A stretch of DNA of 64,000 nt. It comes from a virus. Made by a program: the position numbers and the translations under genes. Location of the stretch: positions 18,995-82,994 of IMG/VR virus record IMGVR_UViG_3300024581_001100, one strand, 5' to 3'. Shown here piece after piece: positions 1 to 9,561 of the stretch (the first letter of the stretch is position 1; each line of letters starts with the position of its first letter). The notes under the pieces are model-generated. The model searched no databases, was not told the DNA's origin, and saw nothing but the letters and a program-made list of their open reading frames with translations.

Positions 1-26
1 ACATTACCAAAAAAGTTAAGAGTAAC

Positions 27-698
27 ATGACAGCAAACAATAATAAAAAACCTTTACAACCTTTAAATGAAAAACAAGCTGAGTATATTGAGGCTATTAA
101 GAATAACTCTATTGTTATTTGTACAGGAGTGTGGGGTAGTTCCAAAACTTACATCCCTTCAATTATTGCCGCAGACCTTCTTGTATCAAAAAAGATTGAA
201 AAGATTGTCATAGCACGACCTACAGAGGGTAAAGGTAAGTCTGTGGGCTTTGGGAAGGGGTCATTTGACGAAAAAATGTACAATTGGTGCTTACCTATTA
301 TAGATAACTTAAAGCAACGTATGGGGGTAGGTCACTACGAAGCTATGCTGGAGAACGGTAGAATAGAGTTATTAGTTTTAGAACAAGTAAAAGGTAGGTC
401 ATGGGATGACACATTTATATTGGTAGACGAGAGTGAAGATCTAGAACCAACAGTTGCTAAAAGTTTAGTGGGCAGGCAAGGGATGAATTCTACTATTGTT
501 ATTACAGGGGACGTAAACCAACAAGATTTAAAGCAAAATAGCGGATTACAACTACTATTAGAGGTTAGTGAAGACTACAACGTCCCTGTAGCTCGTATAG
601 ATTTTGACGATTGGAAGTATTGTGTTCGCTCAGAAGAGGCTAAAGCTTGGGGGATGGCTTTTGAGAAATATGAAAAAGAGAAAGGTAAAATAAAATAA
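27..698 (+). CDS. phoH: PhoH family ATPase
   Basis: QAEYIEAI..., Walker A-like GVWGSSKT, ARP motif, RGRS-like KGRSWDD, ILVDESED, VITGDVNQQDL. Confidence 0.93.
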   Translation: MTANNNKKPLQPLNEKQAEYIEAIKNNSIVICTGVWGSSKTYIPSIIAADLLVSKKIEKIVIARPTEGKGKSVGFGKGSFDEKMYNWCLPIIDNLKQRMGVGHYEAMLENGRIELLVLEQVKGRSWDDTFILVDESEDLEPTVAKSLVGRQGMNSTIVITGDVNQQDLKQNSGLQLLLEVSEDYNVPVARIDFDDWKYCVRSEEAKAWGMAFEKYEKEKGKIK

Positions 699-706
699 AA
701 ATTAGG

Positions 707-735
707 TTGACAAAGAACAACGCATCAAGTAACTT
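707..735 (+). promoter_or_regulatory. sigma70-type promoter overlapping a hairpin
   Basis: TTGACA(707-712)-N17-TAACTT(730-735); inverted repeat acgcatcaa 720-728 / ttgatgcgt 755-763 followed by a T-run. Confidence 0.55.
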
Positions 736-786
736 AGTGTATATACTATTTTATTTGATGCGTATTTTTATAGGAGGAGGAAAATT

Positions 787-987
787 ATGACGTACAAAAA
801 TGACACAGTATACCCCGTAACACTTGATGTACACAAAGAGGAAGGAATTACCAAAAGAGAATACTTTGCAGCAATGGCTATGCAAGGGTTAATATCCGCA
901 AGGGCTTATGATTTATGTGATATAGAATACACAGCAATAGATGCAGTTAATATGGCAGATGCCTTGATAAAGGAATTAAACAAATGA
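787..987 (+). CDS. conserved phage hypothetical protein (GxTxRxYFAAxAMQG family)
   Basis: AGGAGG SD; GITKREYFAAMAMQGL motif common in phage small proteins. Confidence 0.75.
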   Translation: MTYKNDTVYPVTLDVHKEEGITKREYFAAMAMQGLISARAYDLCDIEYTAIDAVNMADALIKELNK

Positions 988-1526
988 GCAGGTTACTATT
1001 TTCATCAGATTTACACCTTGGACATAAAAACATTTGTAAATATCGAATACAATTCAGTTCACCTGAAGAGCATGACAACACTTTATACGAAAACCTAGCC
1101 ACTAACGTACACAAGAATGATACATTGTACTTGTTGGGTGATATTGCATTTACATTTGAATGGTTAGAAAAAATTAAGCAAATTAATTGTCGTCATAAAC
1201 TTTTAGTATGTGGAAACCATGACACAGAGCGTGGCATTAAGATGAAACACTTAGTGGACGTATATGATGACGTAGTGGCTCTCACAAGTAAACGTAACTA
1301 TTGGATAAGCCATTGCCCTATTCATCCTCAAGAAATGAGGGGTAGGTTAGGAAATATCCACGGACACTTGCATAATAAGAAAGTTAAAATGAAAGACCCT
1401 ATGGGGTATCATACCTCTATTAGCAGTTCTCTAGTTACAAACCCAAGTTACTTTAATGCCTGTGTAGAGCATACAGATTACAAACCTATTACCTTTGAAC
1501 AATTAATAGAGGAGCAGCAAGGATGA
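984..1526 (+). CDS. calcineurin-like metallophosphoesterase
   Basis: SDLHLGH, LGD, GNHD, SHCP, IHGHLH motifs. Confidence 0.9.
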   Translation: MSRLLFSSDLHLGHKNICKYRIQFSSPEEHDNTLYENLATNVHKNDTLYLLGDIAFTFEWLEKIKQINCRHKLLVCGNHDTERGIKMKHLVDVYDDVVALTSKRNYWISHCPIHPQEMRGRLGNIHGHLHNKKVKMKDPMGYHTSISSSLVTNPSYFNACVEHTDYKPITFEQLIEEQQG

Positions 1527-1738
1527 CACAACACTACAAACTGGAAATACTTATTGAAGTAAATGATAATTGGGTAGACTGGAACTCACAAGAAGAAGTA
1601 GACTGGCTAGAGTCAAGACTAAAACAAGAAAAACATTTTGAAGAAGATACTTGCGATATTAGATTCTTTCCGTTAGACTTAGAAGATGACTTTCCTTGTC
1701 ATGTAATTAAACTAGAGAAAATTGAGGAGATTGAATAA
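1523..1738 (+). CDS. hypothetical acidic protein
   Basis: ORF, ATGA overlap with upstream gene. Confidence 0.7.
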   Translation: MTQHYKLEILIEVNDNWVDWNSQEEVDWLESRLKQEKHFEEDTCDIRFFPLDLEDDFPCHVIKLEKIEEIE

Positions 1739-2115
1739 TGTTTAAAGAACATAGACCTTCAGATACAACTTGTAATGACACCCCTCTTGTATGGGGAGGG
1801 ACACCTGATGAAGATAACTACCGTATGTTAGAATCTTCTTGGGAACTTAACCCTGTGTCAGATGAAGTTACAAAGGTATATTATGATCAGATTCAAGCTA
1901 AGACTTGTCGTAAAGGATTGATCGCTGTATTAAAACATATGGCAGAAAATAATATCAATATCTGTGGTACACGAGGGTATGTTTATAGTAGTGAGGGCCA
2001 AGCAGAACAAGTAGAAAACTTTAACTACTACTATGCTAATGCTCTTACACGAGGTATGGGTATTCGGCAGAAGATGATTGAGATTTGGGAGAATGAACAA
2101 GATGGCAAAGAATAA
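1738..2115 (+). CDS. hypothetical protein
   Basis: ORF, TAATG coupling, GGAG SD. Confidence 0.75.
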   Translation: MFKEHRPSDTTCNDTPLVWGGTPDEDNYRMLESSWELNPVSDEVTKVYYDQIQAKTCRKGLIAVLKHMAENNINICGTRGYVYSSEGQAEQVENFNYYYANALTRGMGIRQKMIEIWENEQDGKE

Positions 2116-2635
2116 CTCTCAATTGATCAACGCAGACAGCGGTAACTTTGAATACTATACACCAGAAGATATTATCGAGAGAGCAAGGCGTACTATGGGA
2201 GGTATTAATCTAGACCCTTTCAGTAGTAAAGTTGCCAATAAGACGGTACGTGCTGATAAGATATTCACTAAAGAAGATGATGGATTCTCTCAACAATGGT
2301 TTGGTACGTGTTGGGTAAACCACCCTTTTAGTAGGGAGAATAACCCAAAAATATTTAAAAAGGTGGTAAGTGAATACGATAAATACCACATCACTCAAGC
2401 CTGTGTAATTACTTATGCCAGTACAAGTGAGGGTTGGTTCAGATTATCTCTTAAATACCCACAATGTTATTTGTATGGACGTACTAACTATCTTTTACCA
2501 GATGGAACTGTCAAGAAGGGTGTAACTAAAGGGAGCGTAGTAACTTATTTTGGAGATGACGTAGAGAGTTTTTACCAGAACTTTAAAGATATAGGAGAAG
2601 TGAAAGTACCTTATGAACCAACAACTACAAACTAA
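2078..2635 (+). CDS. dam: phage DNA N6-adenine methyltransferase (Dam-like; start probably 2102)
   Basis: YYTP, LDPFSS and W-x-N-H-P-F-S (variant of NPPY) in the order typical of phage Dam-family MTases. Confidence 0.75.
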   Translation: MRFGRMNKMAKNNSQLINADSGNFEYYTPEDIIERARRTMGGINLDPFSSKVANKTVRADKIFTKEDDGFSQQWFGTCWVNHPFSRENNPKIFKKVVSEYDKYHITQACVITYASTSEGWFRLSLKYPQCYLYGRTNYLLPDGTVKKGVTKGSVVTYFGDDVESFYQNFKDIGEVKVPYEPTTTN

Positions 2636-2879
2636 CTTAATCTCTATGAAGAATGTACTTACAAGTGAGATACAAAATAAGTATGGAGTACACTGTGAAG
2701 TACAACTTAGAGAGATACATTCAAAAAGGCTTGACACTGTTGTTCAGTTCCATATAATTGTTAATGGTGATGTATTCAATGTACAATCTTTTGAAGTGTA
2801 TCAAGATCGTAAGGGTGTTGTTTATTGGAACAATGCAGAGAATATAAATGAGAACACCCAAGAGAGGGTGATTAATTAA
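2613..2879 (+). CDS. hypothetical protein
   Basis: ORF in operon; contains an internal TTGACA(2731)-N16-TATAAT(2753) promoter. Confidence 0.6.
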   Translation: MNQQLQTNLISMKNVLTSEIQNKYGVHCEVQLREIHSKRLDTVVQFHIIVNGDVFNVQSFEVYQDRKGVVYWNNAENINENTQERVIN

Positions 2880-2888
2880 GGAGAGGTT

Positions 2889-4022
2889 ATGATAATTATA
2901 GGTACAACTGCACTAGCTAAACATGGAATTGTTATCAGAAAATCTAAGGATGTAGACATTATGTGTCCTGTAGAATCTGTCGAACAGTATAAAGAAAAAG
3001 GTTTTGATGTTGTACCTGTGAATCAATCAATCTACAATCTTTTATTTAATTACACTAGTAACTCCATTTACGCAACACCAGATATGGTTTACACTATTAA
3101 ATGTTCTCATTTAGGTTGGAGTAATCCTTTTTGGCAAAAACATAAGAAAGATATTCTGATTTTAAAACAGAAAGGGTGTAAACTTATACCTGACTTGTAC
3201 AAAGCTTTAATGGATTGGTGGAAAGAAGATTTGGGAGATAAATCATTTTTAAATCTTGACAAGTCTAAAGAAATGTTTTTTAATGACTTCGTAGAATATG
3301 AATATGATCATGACTTACTACATGAGTTAATTACACATCCAGAACCACCTACGTATACAAAATGTTTAAAAGATGGTAAACAGGTGTTGATTGATAAGAG
3401 TAAGTTTGATAGACTAGATTTTGTAGAACAAGTAAATATGTTCAGAGAAGAAATTACCACTACTGCACTAGAACGTTGGTATTTAAAACAACACTGGTTT
3501 GATAGAGGTATGACTTGGATGAAAGCTTATGCACTTGCATTACAGAAAACGATTACAAATTTGACTAAGGGATGGGCTACTGATTTTATTGTCTTAAACT
3601 TAGAGCATTTTGTAAAACCTCATAAAGAGGATTTTGATAAAGTGATAAAACTGTTAAATTTAGAGGAGAAGTATATGAGTAAGTTTTTAGGCGAAGATAA
3701 AGCAGAAGCTTTGTTACAAGAAATCGTAGAGGCTGGTACAGCAGAAGGTCTAGAATATTTTTCAGAAGATATGGATTTATATGAACTATTCTCAGAACAT
3801 TTAGTAGATGGGTGGGGAGGTCTACCAAAAGAGGCTAAACATATAACTCAAGAAGGAGGAGGCGAAGGTGGTGCAGAGGATTGCTACGCTGTATTTCAAT
3901 GGAAGGATAAGTTCTATCGCGTAGATTATAATTACTACAGTTATGTGGGGTACGAAAACCTTCACATGGAGGGTATCTACGAGGTGAAGCCTGTAGAGAA
4001 GACTGTCACTTTCTACGAATAA
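2889..4022 (+). CDS. nucleotidyltransferase-like protein with an in-frame acidic C-terminal module (possible internal start at 3675)
   Basis: N-terminal IIIGTTAL...KDVDI resembles the Pol-beta-like GS...DxD motif; GAGGAG-N6-ATG at 3663-3677. Confidence 0.6.
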   Translation: MIIIGTTALAKHGIVIRKSKDVDIMCPVESVEQYKEKGFDVVPVNQSIYNLLFNYTSNSIYATPDMVYTIKCSHLGWSNPFWQKHKKDILILKQKGCKLIPDLYKALMDWWKEDLGDKSFLNLDKSKEMFFNDFVEYEYDHDLLHELITHPEPPTYTKCLKDGKQVLIDKSKFDRLDFVEQVNMFREEITTTALERWYLKQHWFDRGMTWMKAYALALQKTITNLTKGWATDFIVLNLEHFVKPHKEDFDKVIKLLNLEEKYMSKFLGEDKAEALLQEIVEAGTAEGLEYFSEDMDLYELFSEHLVDGWGGLPKEAKHITQEGGGEGGAEDCYAVFQWKDKFYRVDYNYYSYVGYENLHMEGIYEVKPVEKTVTFYE

Positions 4023-4066
4023 GCGTATGAGGGCAAATGCCCTCTTTTTCTTTAAGGAGAACTACT

Positions 4067-4555
4067 ATGTTAAACTATATACTTTACTTCATCTTAGGAT
4101 CAGCTTTAGTATGGATACCTGTGCTTATCTTTTGCCCTATCTTAGAAATTACTGAAGACCTGCCAGAGACTGTCACAGCACGTAATACTGTGTATAAGAT
4201 CAAAATTCGTAAAGAATTAGACAATTGGTTAGGTATCCTTGCCCAAGAATTTTATGAGAGTAAGTTCAAACAAAATCCTGTAAATTTAATAAAACTTCTA
4301 TTGAAAGACGAAGATTTAGAGCGAGAGATGGAAATAGTGGGGCATGAAATTACCGTACAGTTTCTGCCAGAAAATAAGCAACATATGGGGAGGATACAAC
4401 ATGCTAATGCTTTAAAGAAACATTACAGTGTGTTTAAAGATTGGTCGGTGGATGTTATTTATGAGTTATTGCGTAACGAAAGTTCTTACGCACAAGACTG
4501 GATTTCAGACAATATTAGAAAAATAACAGACCTAGAGAGAAAACGTTATGAATAA
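4067..4555 (+). CDS. hypothetical membrane-anchored protein
   Basis: AAGGAG SD before ATG 4067; N-terminal hydrophobic helix. Confidence 0.7.
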   Translation: MLNYILYFILGSALVWIPVLIFCPILEITEDLPETVTARNTVYKIKIRKELDNWLGILAQEFYESKFKQNPVNLIKLLLKDEDLEREMEIVGHEITVQFLPENKQHMGRIQHANALKKHYSVFKDWSVDVIYELLRNESSYAQDWISDNIRKITDLERKRYE

Positions 4556-4694
4556 AAACCAAGCTAGGGTAATCTTAAATAAACTAAGAGAACGCTTGAT
4601 GCAACACATGGATTATGATAATCTTGATGCTAAAGAACAACATATTTTTGATGAGATTGATGAATTTATAATGAACTTTGAGGATGAGTTATGA
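4548..4694 (+). CDS. small hypothetical protein (48 aa, not in ORF track)
   Basis: MNKNQARVILNKL...; fills the gap with overlaps at both ends. Confidence 0.6.
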   Translation: MNKNQARVILNKLRERLMQHMDYDNLDAKEQHIFDEIDEFIMNFEDEL

Positions 4695-4837
4695 CAGTAG
4701 AAGACAGTGTGTATTTAGTGGTAGGTATGATTGCATTATTTGCTCTTGTGGGAAATACTGTAGCTTTTATTGCATTGTGGCCTCACGTATGGGATAATTA
4801 CTGCAAGAAGTATTACAGAAAATTTTTTAAGAAGTAG
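4691..4837 (+). CDS. small membrane protein (48 aa, not in ORF track)
   Basis: ATGA overlap; one TM segment followed by a basic tail. Confidence 0.55.
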   Translation: MTVEDSVYLVVGMIALFALVGNTVAFIALWPHVWDNYCKKYYRKFFKK

Positions 4838-4850
4838 ATAAGGAGGGAGT

Positions 4851-6110
4851 GTGTTAACGACTAATACAGATGAACAGAATAAAGCATTAAAGCTTATTAT
4901 GGAAGGCAAGAATGTACTGATAACAGCGGAGGCAGGTACAGGTAAGAGCTACGTTATTAATCAGATATTAGACCCTAACACAATTCTTGTTGCACCTACA
5001 GGTCTGGCGGCTTTAAATATAAAAGGTGCTACCTGTCACAGAACTTTTGGATTACCATTAGGTGTACCTACGGCAGAGGACTTTATGAAGGCTTCTCGTA
5101 AGATGCAAGATTTATTTAACGTAATGTCACCTGTTAAAAGAATTATCATAGATGAAGTAAGTATGTTACGTTTAGATATGTTTGAACTGATTAATTCTAA
5201 ATTACAGATGGTAAGGGGTAACAACAAACCTTTCGGTGGACTACAAATGGTAATTGTAGGTGACTACGCACAGCTTGACCCGATTATAACAGGAAGAGAG
5301 GAACAAGTATACTACGACCAGTATAAATCCCCTTTCAACTTTGACAGTCCGTGTTTTAACTTCGAGTTGGTGGAGTTTACAAAAGTGTTTAGACAAGAGA
5401 ATAAAAGACAATCAAAAATGTTAAGTAGTATCCGTAATAAGGACAAATACTACAAACATGCGTTAGATACGATCATAAAAGAGTCTAAACCTTTTGTACC
5501 TAGCCCTGATGTAACTGTACTGTGTTGTTACAAGGCTGACGTAAGAAAATATAATTACAAATACTTTAAAAAATTAGAGACACCTATATTTGAGTTTAAA
5601 GCGCGTATAGAGATGAACGACGATAAGTGGTCGGATTCGGCTGTGCCGCACACAGTAAGTCTACGTGAAGGTGCTAGGGTGATGTTCAAAGCAAATGACC
5701 CTGATGGAGAGTACGTAAATGGAGAGAAGGGTATTGTAAGTTATGTAGATAATGTAGTAGTCAAGGTGAGGAAGACCAACGGACAGGAAGTTTTGGTTAA
5801 GCCTTTTCTATGGGAGAAGTATGAGTATAAGTCTAAATGGGGAGTGCTAGAAAAAGAGGTGATCAGTACCTTTAGCCAGATACCTTTAGAACTTGCATAC
5901 GCTACGTCCATTCACTCAGCACAGGGACAGACACTAGACGAGATTGCAATTGATATTGGTAGAGGCTGCTTCTCCTCGGGGCAATTATATGTGGCTTTAT
6001 CCAGATGTAGAGATTTAAAGAATATATATTTTGTGACACCTCCTTCTTATGAGGATGTTATTCTAGATAAAAGGGTTAAAGAATTTTATAGGAGTTTAAG
6101 AAATGCTTAA
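4851..6110 (+). CDS. SF1B helicase (Pif1/Dda/RecD-like)
   Basis: AEAGTGKS, APTGLAA, IIIDEVSM, VGDYAQL, FRQ, LAYATSIHSAQGQT, YVALSR; GTG start with AGGAGG. Confidence 0.92.
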   Translation: MLTTNTDEQNKALKLIMEGKNVLITAEAGTGKSYVINQILDPNTILVAPTGLAALNIKGATCHRTFGLPLGVPTAEDFMKASRKMQDLFNVMSPVKRIIIDEVSMLRLDMFELINSKLQMVRGNNKPFGGLQMVIVGDYAQLDPIITGREEQVYYDQYKSPFNFDSPCFNFELVEFTKVFRQENKRQSKMLSSIRNKDKYYKHALDTIIKESKPFVPSPDVTVLCCYKADVRKYNYKYFKKLETPIFEFKARIEMNDDKWSDSAVPHTVSLREGARVMFKANDPDGEYVNGEKGIVSYVDNVVVKVRKTNGQEVLVKPFLWEKYEYKSKWGVLEKEVISTFSQIPLELAYATSIHSAQGQTLDEIAIDIGRGCFSSGQLYVALSRCRDLKNIYFVTPPSYEDVILDKRVKEFYRSLRNA

Positions 6111-6489
6111 AAATGTAGAAGGTTATGAAGACTGGATGGATAAATTCATCACAAAAGAAATAAGACATGTAGGAGGAGATACAATAACTCTTTACACTGT
6201 GTGGGATGAAACTCAAGCTAACATATTAAGAGTGACCTCTAACAAACAAGAGGCGGTAAAATGTTTAAAAGGTTACTCTACGTATGTAAGGGAATGCGGC
6301 TGGCGTAGAGATATAAACAATGCAAAAGGTTTCTTAAGAATAGTTAATGATTTTAAAGAAGACTTAGAAGAAAGTATTATGAAGGTGCTTAGGGGAGACC
6401 CTGAAATGGCAGAAAAAGTAGATATACTCTCCTTAAGTATTGAAAATTACAAAGAACAAATAGCCCATATAACATTTACTGACAAATAA
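6103..6489 (+). CDS. hypothetical protein
   Basis: ORF overlapping helicase stop, AGGAG SD. Confidence 0.7.
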   Translation: MLKNVEGYEDWMDKFITKEIRHVGGDTITLYTVWDETQANILRVTSNKQEAVKCLKGYSTYVRECGWRRDINNAKGFLRIVNDFKEDLEESIMKVLRGDPEMAEKVDILSLSIENYKEQIAHITFTDK

Positions 6490-6492
6490 CCC

Positions 6493-6521
6493 TTGACGTA
6501 CACTTCCCACTAATGTATATT
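6493..6521 (+). promoter_or_regulatory. sigma70-type promoter
   Basis: TTGACG-N17-TATATT in intergenic gap. Confidence 0.65.
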
Positions 6522-6546
6522 TATTCTGAGAAACAACTAAAGGAGA

Positions 6547-6807
6547 ATGAACATGGCATTTAAGAAACAAGCACGTAAATTGAAAACTAACTTAAATAAA
6601 TTCTCAATGTTGCATTGGGGTAAACACATCGGCAAGACCTGTGAGGAAGTGTGTAACGTTGACCCAGAGTATATTCTATGGTTAGGAAGAGAACCTCACA
6701 TTAAGTTACACCCTGATCTACAAGTGTTGGCAGAGGAATGTACAGAGTGGGTGAACCATTGGGATTATGAAACTTATAAAGAGATGGATGATGTGTATGG
6801 ACTCTAA
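6547..6807 (+). CDS. DUF3820/ExoX C-terminal-like small protein
   Basis: WGKHIGKT..EV...DPEYILWL matches the FGKxKG...P..Y..W pattern. Confidence 0.6.
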   Translation: MNMAFKKQARKLKTNLNKFSMLHWGKHIGKTCEEVCNVDPEYILWLGREPHIKLHPDLQVLAEECTEWVNHWDYETYKEMDDVYGL

Positions 6808-7099
6808 AAGAAAATACACATTCAAAGATGACTCTTGGGTAGATGGTTCAGAGGATTGCCCTTGTTGTAGTGGGTTAACTTTTGAGTGTTATAATTTAAT
6901 AGATTGTCCAGATGAAGTAGAATCTATTGTACACTACCACTCTGCAAGTGCTACGTCTGAACATGATATGTTAAGTAGTGTTCTTATGATGGAATCTGAT
7001 GTAGAATATGTCGTAGGAGGAAATCCTTACGAACATCTAACACTACAAGAATTGAAAGATGTTTTAAGTAGGCTTAATGTGGAAGTGGAGATATTATGA
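6767..7099 (+). CDS. hypothetical protein with CPCC
   Basis: ORF in operon. Confidence 0.65.
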   Translation: MKLIKRWMMCMDSKRKYTFKDDSWVDGSEDCPCCSGLTFECYNLIDCPDEVESIVHYHSASATSEHDMLSSVLMMESDVEYVVGGNPYEHLTLQELKDVLSRLNVEVEIL

Positions 7100-7902
7100 C
7101 TGACAAAACTATGCTAGATTGCTACATGGAGGCTAATGAGCAAACTAAATCTATTAACAATAAGAATGCTAGGGACTTAAGGACAGAGGAACTAGCATAT
7201 GAACTCGCTATCAAATATGGTATTCGTGATAGAAAACAAAATGCTGTAATGGAGAATAAACGTAAGCAATTATTCACTGCTAATGATAAGAACTCTCCTG
7301 AATATAAACCTAAGAAGTATGTAACCTCGGATATGTCTAAGACAGCCTACGGACAAGTGTTAATGTCTGTAACTGACCTTGAGGATGTATACGAGGTTTT
7401 GTCACATTTATACAATACAGATTTAGAGGACATACATGAGATGAAGTCTCGTCCTTTCTACTATGCTAAAGACACTATCAACCATTATGATAATCCTGAC
7501 AATAGAGCAGCAATAGGACTTACACAAGACGAGCATAAAGAGTTAGTATCCAAGCAAAAGAAGATGACTAAGGAAGATATTCTTGATAAAGCCCTTCTTA
7601 GAAAGGCTCACAGCTTGCACCAGCAGCTTAGGGCATTACTTAAGGATGTTAACACCCTAGACAGGATAGAAGTCTTAGAGGACGAGGTAGTGGCTCTGAA
7701 GAAGGAGTCGGTTGAGAGGAAAGCTGATGATGTAATACAGGATGTTAAGATTAAACGCTTAGAAGAACTCACTGGGATAGAGGAACTTCCTAAGAAAGAA
7801 CAGTGTAAACTTTTATTAAAAACAGGGTTGACAAAGAAAGATATCGCAAGTAGGCTTGGTGTGAATGTTAGGACTGTTCAAAGGTGGGAAAAGGAGGAAT
7901 AA
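7096..7902 (+). CDS. coiled-coil protein with C-terminal HTH
   Basis: C-terminal LTKKDIASRLGVNVRTVQRW helix-turn-helix. Confidence 0.7.
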   Translation: MTDKTMLDCYMEANEQTKSINNKNARDLRTEELAYELAIKYGIRDRKQNAVMENKRKQLFTANDKNSPEYKPKKYVTSDMSKTAYGQVLMSVTDLEDVYEVLSHLYNTDLEDIHEMKSRPFYYAKDTINHYDNPDNRAAIGLTQDEHKELVSKQKKMTKEDILDKALLRKAHSLHQQLRALLKDVNTLDRIEVLEDEVVALKKESVERKADDVIQDVKIKRLEELTGIEELPKKEQCKLLLKTGLTKKDIASRLGVNVRTVQRWEKEE

Positions 7903-7903
7903 G

Positions 7904-8083
7904 GTGGAAGAACTACCAGAAGATTGTAAACCTGTTTTAATTAAGAAGATTGCTAGGTACAAATACTACAAACCTCAAAGTATGCAACACAAAGCAGGTA
8001 TAAAAGGACGTTGGCAAGAGTGGAATGGTTACGGATGGGATAATATAGAATCCCCTGAATCTTGGGAGTATCTAAATGAATAG
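7904..8083 (+). CDS. hypothetical protein (GTG start)
   Basis: AAGGAGG SD before GTG 7904. Confidence 0.6.
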   Translation: MEELPEDCKPVLIKKIARYKYYKPQSMQHKAGIKGRWQEWNGYGWDNIESPESWEYLNE

Positions 8084-8327
8084 AATAGACTTACAATCAC
8101 TACAATCCCTCAGAGACTGTGATTACCAAGACACTGTTTGGGAACAAACTAAAGAAAAGATTGACAAGGCATTTAGTAAGATGTACTCTGGCCTAGATAA
8201 AGAATTATTAAGGTTATTGTCAGAAGGGGCTTCTTTAGAGGATATTATTTATAAAGAACCCCAAATTACTATAGACGAGTACACATACACAGCGAGTATT
8301 ACAGCTTTCTTGGGGAGAATAAAATGA
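8076..8327 (+). CDS. hypothetical protein
   Basis: ORF, overlapping neighbours. Confidence 0.65.
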   Translation: MNRIDLQSLQSLRDCDYQDTVWEQTKEKIDKAFSKMYSGLDKELLRLLSEGASLEDIIYKEPQITIDEYTYTASITAFLGRIK

Positions 8328-8761
8328 TTAGACCTACAATGTCACATGCTTTAAATAAAGATGATTTGCTTGAGTTAATGAGTGATTATGCCAGCCATTT
8401 AGAGGGACAACTAGCAAAGGCTAATGAGCGTGAGAAGCGACTAGAAAAGATTTTGCAGCGCTATGAGTCTGAGCAATTGCAGCCGTTAAAACTGCGTGTT
8501 AAGGAGTTGGAGCGAGAGAGTCAAGAAGACCTTTCAATTATTGAGTCTATCGCTAATGGTTTGAGTGAAAAACCAGTTTCTCTATGCAAAGGCGTAATGC
8601 AGGGGCGTAAACCATTTCTAAACAAATTCGCCATAGAGCAGAAGATTGAGGGTGCTAAATTCTACGGTGAGCAAGTTCAGAAATTAGGCTTTAACTCTGT
8701 ATCTAAGTTCACAGAATCAGTGTGTGAACAACTACGCAAGGAGCAAGAGGATGAATCCTGA
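8324..8761 (+). CDS. hypothetical coiled-coil protein (KANER...EQLRKEQ family)
   Basis: ORF; shares DNA blocks with the pseudogene at 20607-20924. Confidence 0.7.
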   Translation: MIRPTMSHALNKDDLLELMSDYASHLEGQLAKANEREKRLEKILQRYESEQLQPLKLRVKELERESQEDLSIIESIANGLSEKPVSLCKGVMQGRKPFLNKFAIEQKIEGAKFYGEQVQKLGFNSVSKFTESVCEQLRKEQEDES

Positions 8762-8993
8762 AAGCAAAAAGGCCGTGAAATCGATCGGACGTAGTATTGC
8801 AAATATAAATAAGCAAATTGCTATTTTACGCAAGGAGTTTCTAGAAGCCATGATGTATGTTGAGGATGGTGTTAACTACCAAGTTATGAGTGGAAGCCCT
8901 CACGAGAGTGTTAGCACTTTTGAATTGAAGTCGCACCAAGAGCGCGTATTAGATTCATTCATGGTAATACATTCAGATTGTGGAGCTTGGTGA
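8751..8993 (+). CDS. hypothetical protein
   Basis: ATG 8751 overlapping the upstream gene end. Confidence 0.6.
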   Translation: MNPESKKAVKSIGRSIANINKQIAILRKEFLEAMMYVEDGVNYQVMSGSPHESVSTFELKSHQERVLDSFMVIHSDCGAW

Positions 8994-9393
8994 AATTACG
9001 CAAGGAGTAAGAGAAGTGAAATTACAAGATATAAACGTAACACTAAAATTTACTGACTTAGATGAACTTATCTACGCACTAGCACCAGAGGAAAGATTGT
9101 ACTTCTTAGAGAGTTTATCTTGTCAAGACGAGATCATTGAACACGTAATGGAACAAGTGTTTGAAGGGTATACATCTAATGAGTACATGCATGGATGGGA
9201 GTCATGTTCTTGGGATGGAAGTACTCCACTACAAGTGTTTAAAAAGAAGATGTTTGAAGTAGAGGCTACTCCTGAAATGAAGAAACACGTAGAACGTCTT
9301 GAACGAGAGATTAAACGCAATGAATCCACTATCGAGGAACTACGTAATGAGATTTATAAGTTGAAAGGTATTGACGTAGGAGATTTGTTATGA
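8980..9393 (+). CDS. hypothetical protein
   Basis: ORF in operon. Confidence 0.65.
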   Translation: MELGEITQGVREVKLQDINVTLKFTDLDELIYALAPEERLYFLESLSCQDEIIEHVMEQVFEGYTSNEYMHGWESCSWDGSTPLQVFKKKMFEVEATPEMKKHVERLEREIKRNESTIEELRNEIYKLKGIDVGDLL

Positions 9394-9512
9394 CATTATT
9401 AGGGTTTATGGGTGAACACCCAGTATTAACGGTTATACTATTCATCTTACTTAGGGTATGGTTAGAAGGTATCATAGGAACAATCTGTAGTACGATAGCA
9501 AAGAGAAAATAA
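9390..9512 (+). CDS. small membrane protein (40 aa, not in ORF track)
   Basis: AGGAG SD, ATGA overlap, hydrophobic core. Confidence 0.55.
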   Translation: MTLLGFMGEHPVLTVILFILLRVWLEGIIGTICSTIAKRK

Positions 9513-9561
9513 GTACACAGTTTTTACACTTTAATGTAGAATTTGTGTAGACTTAACAGGA

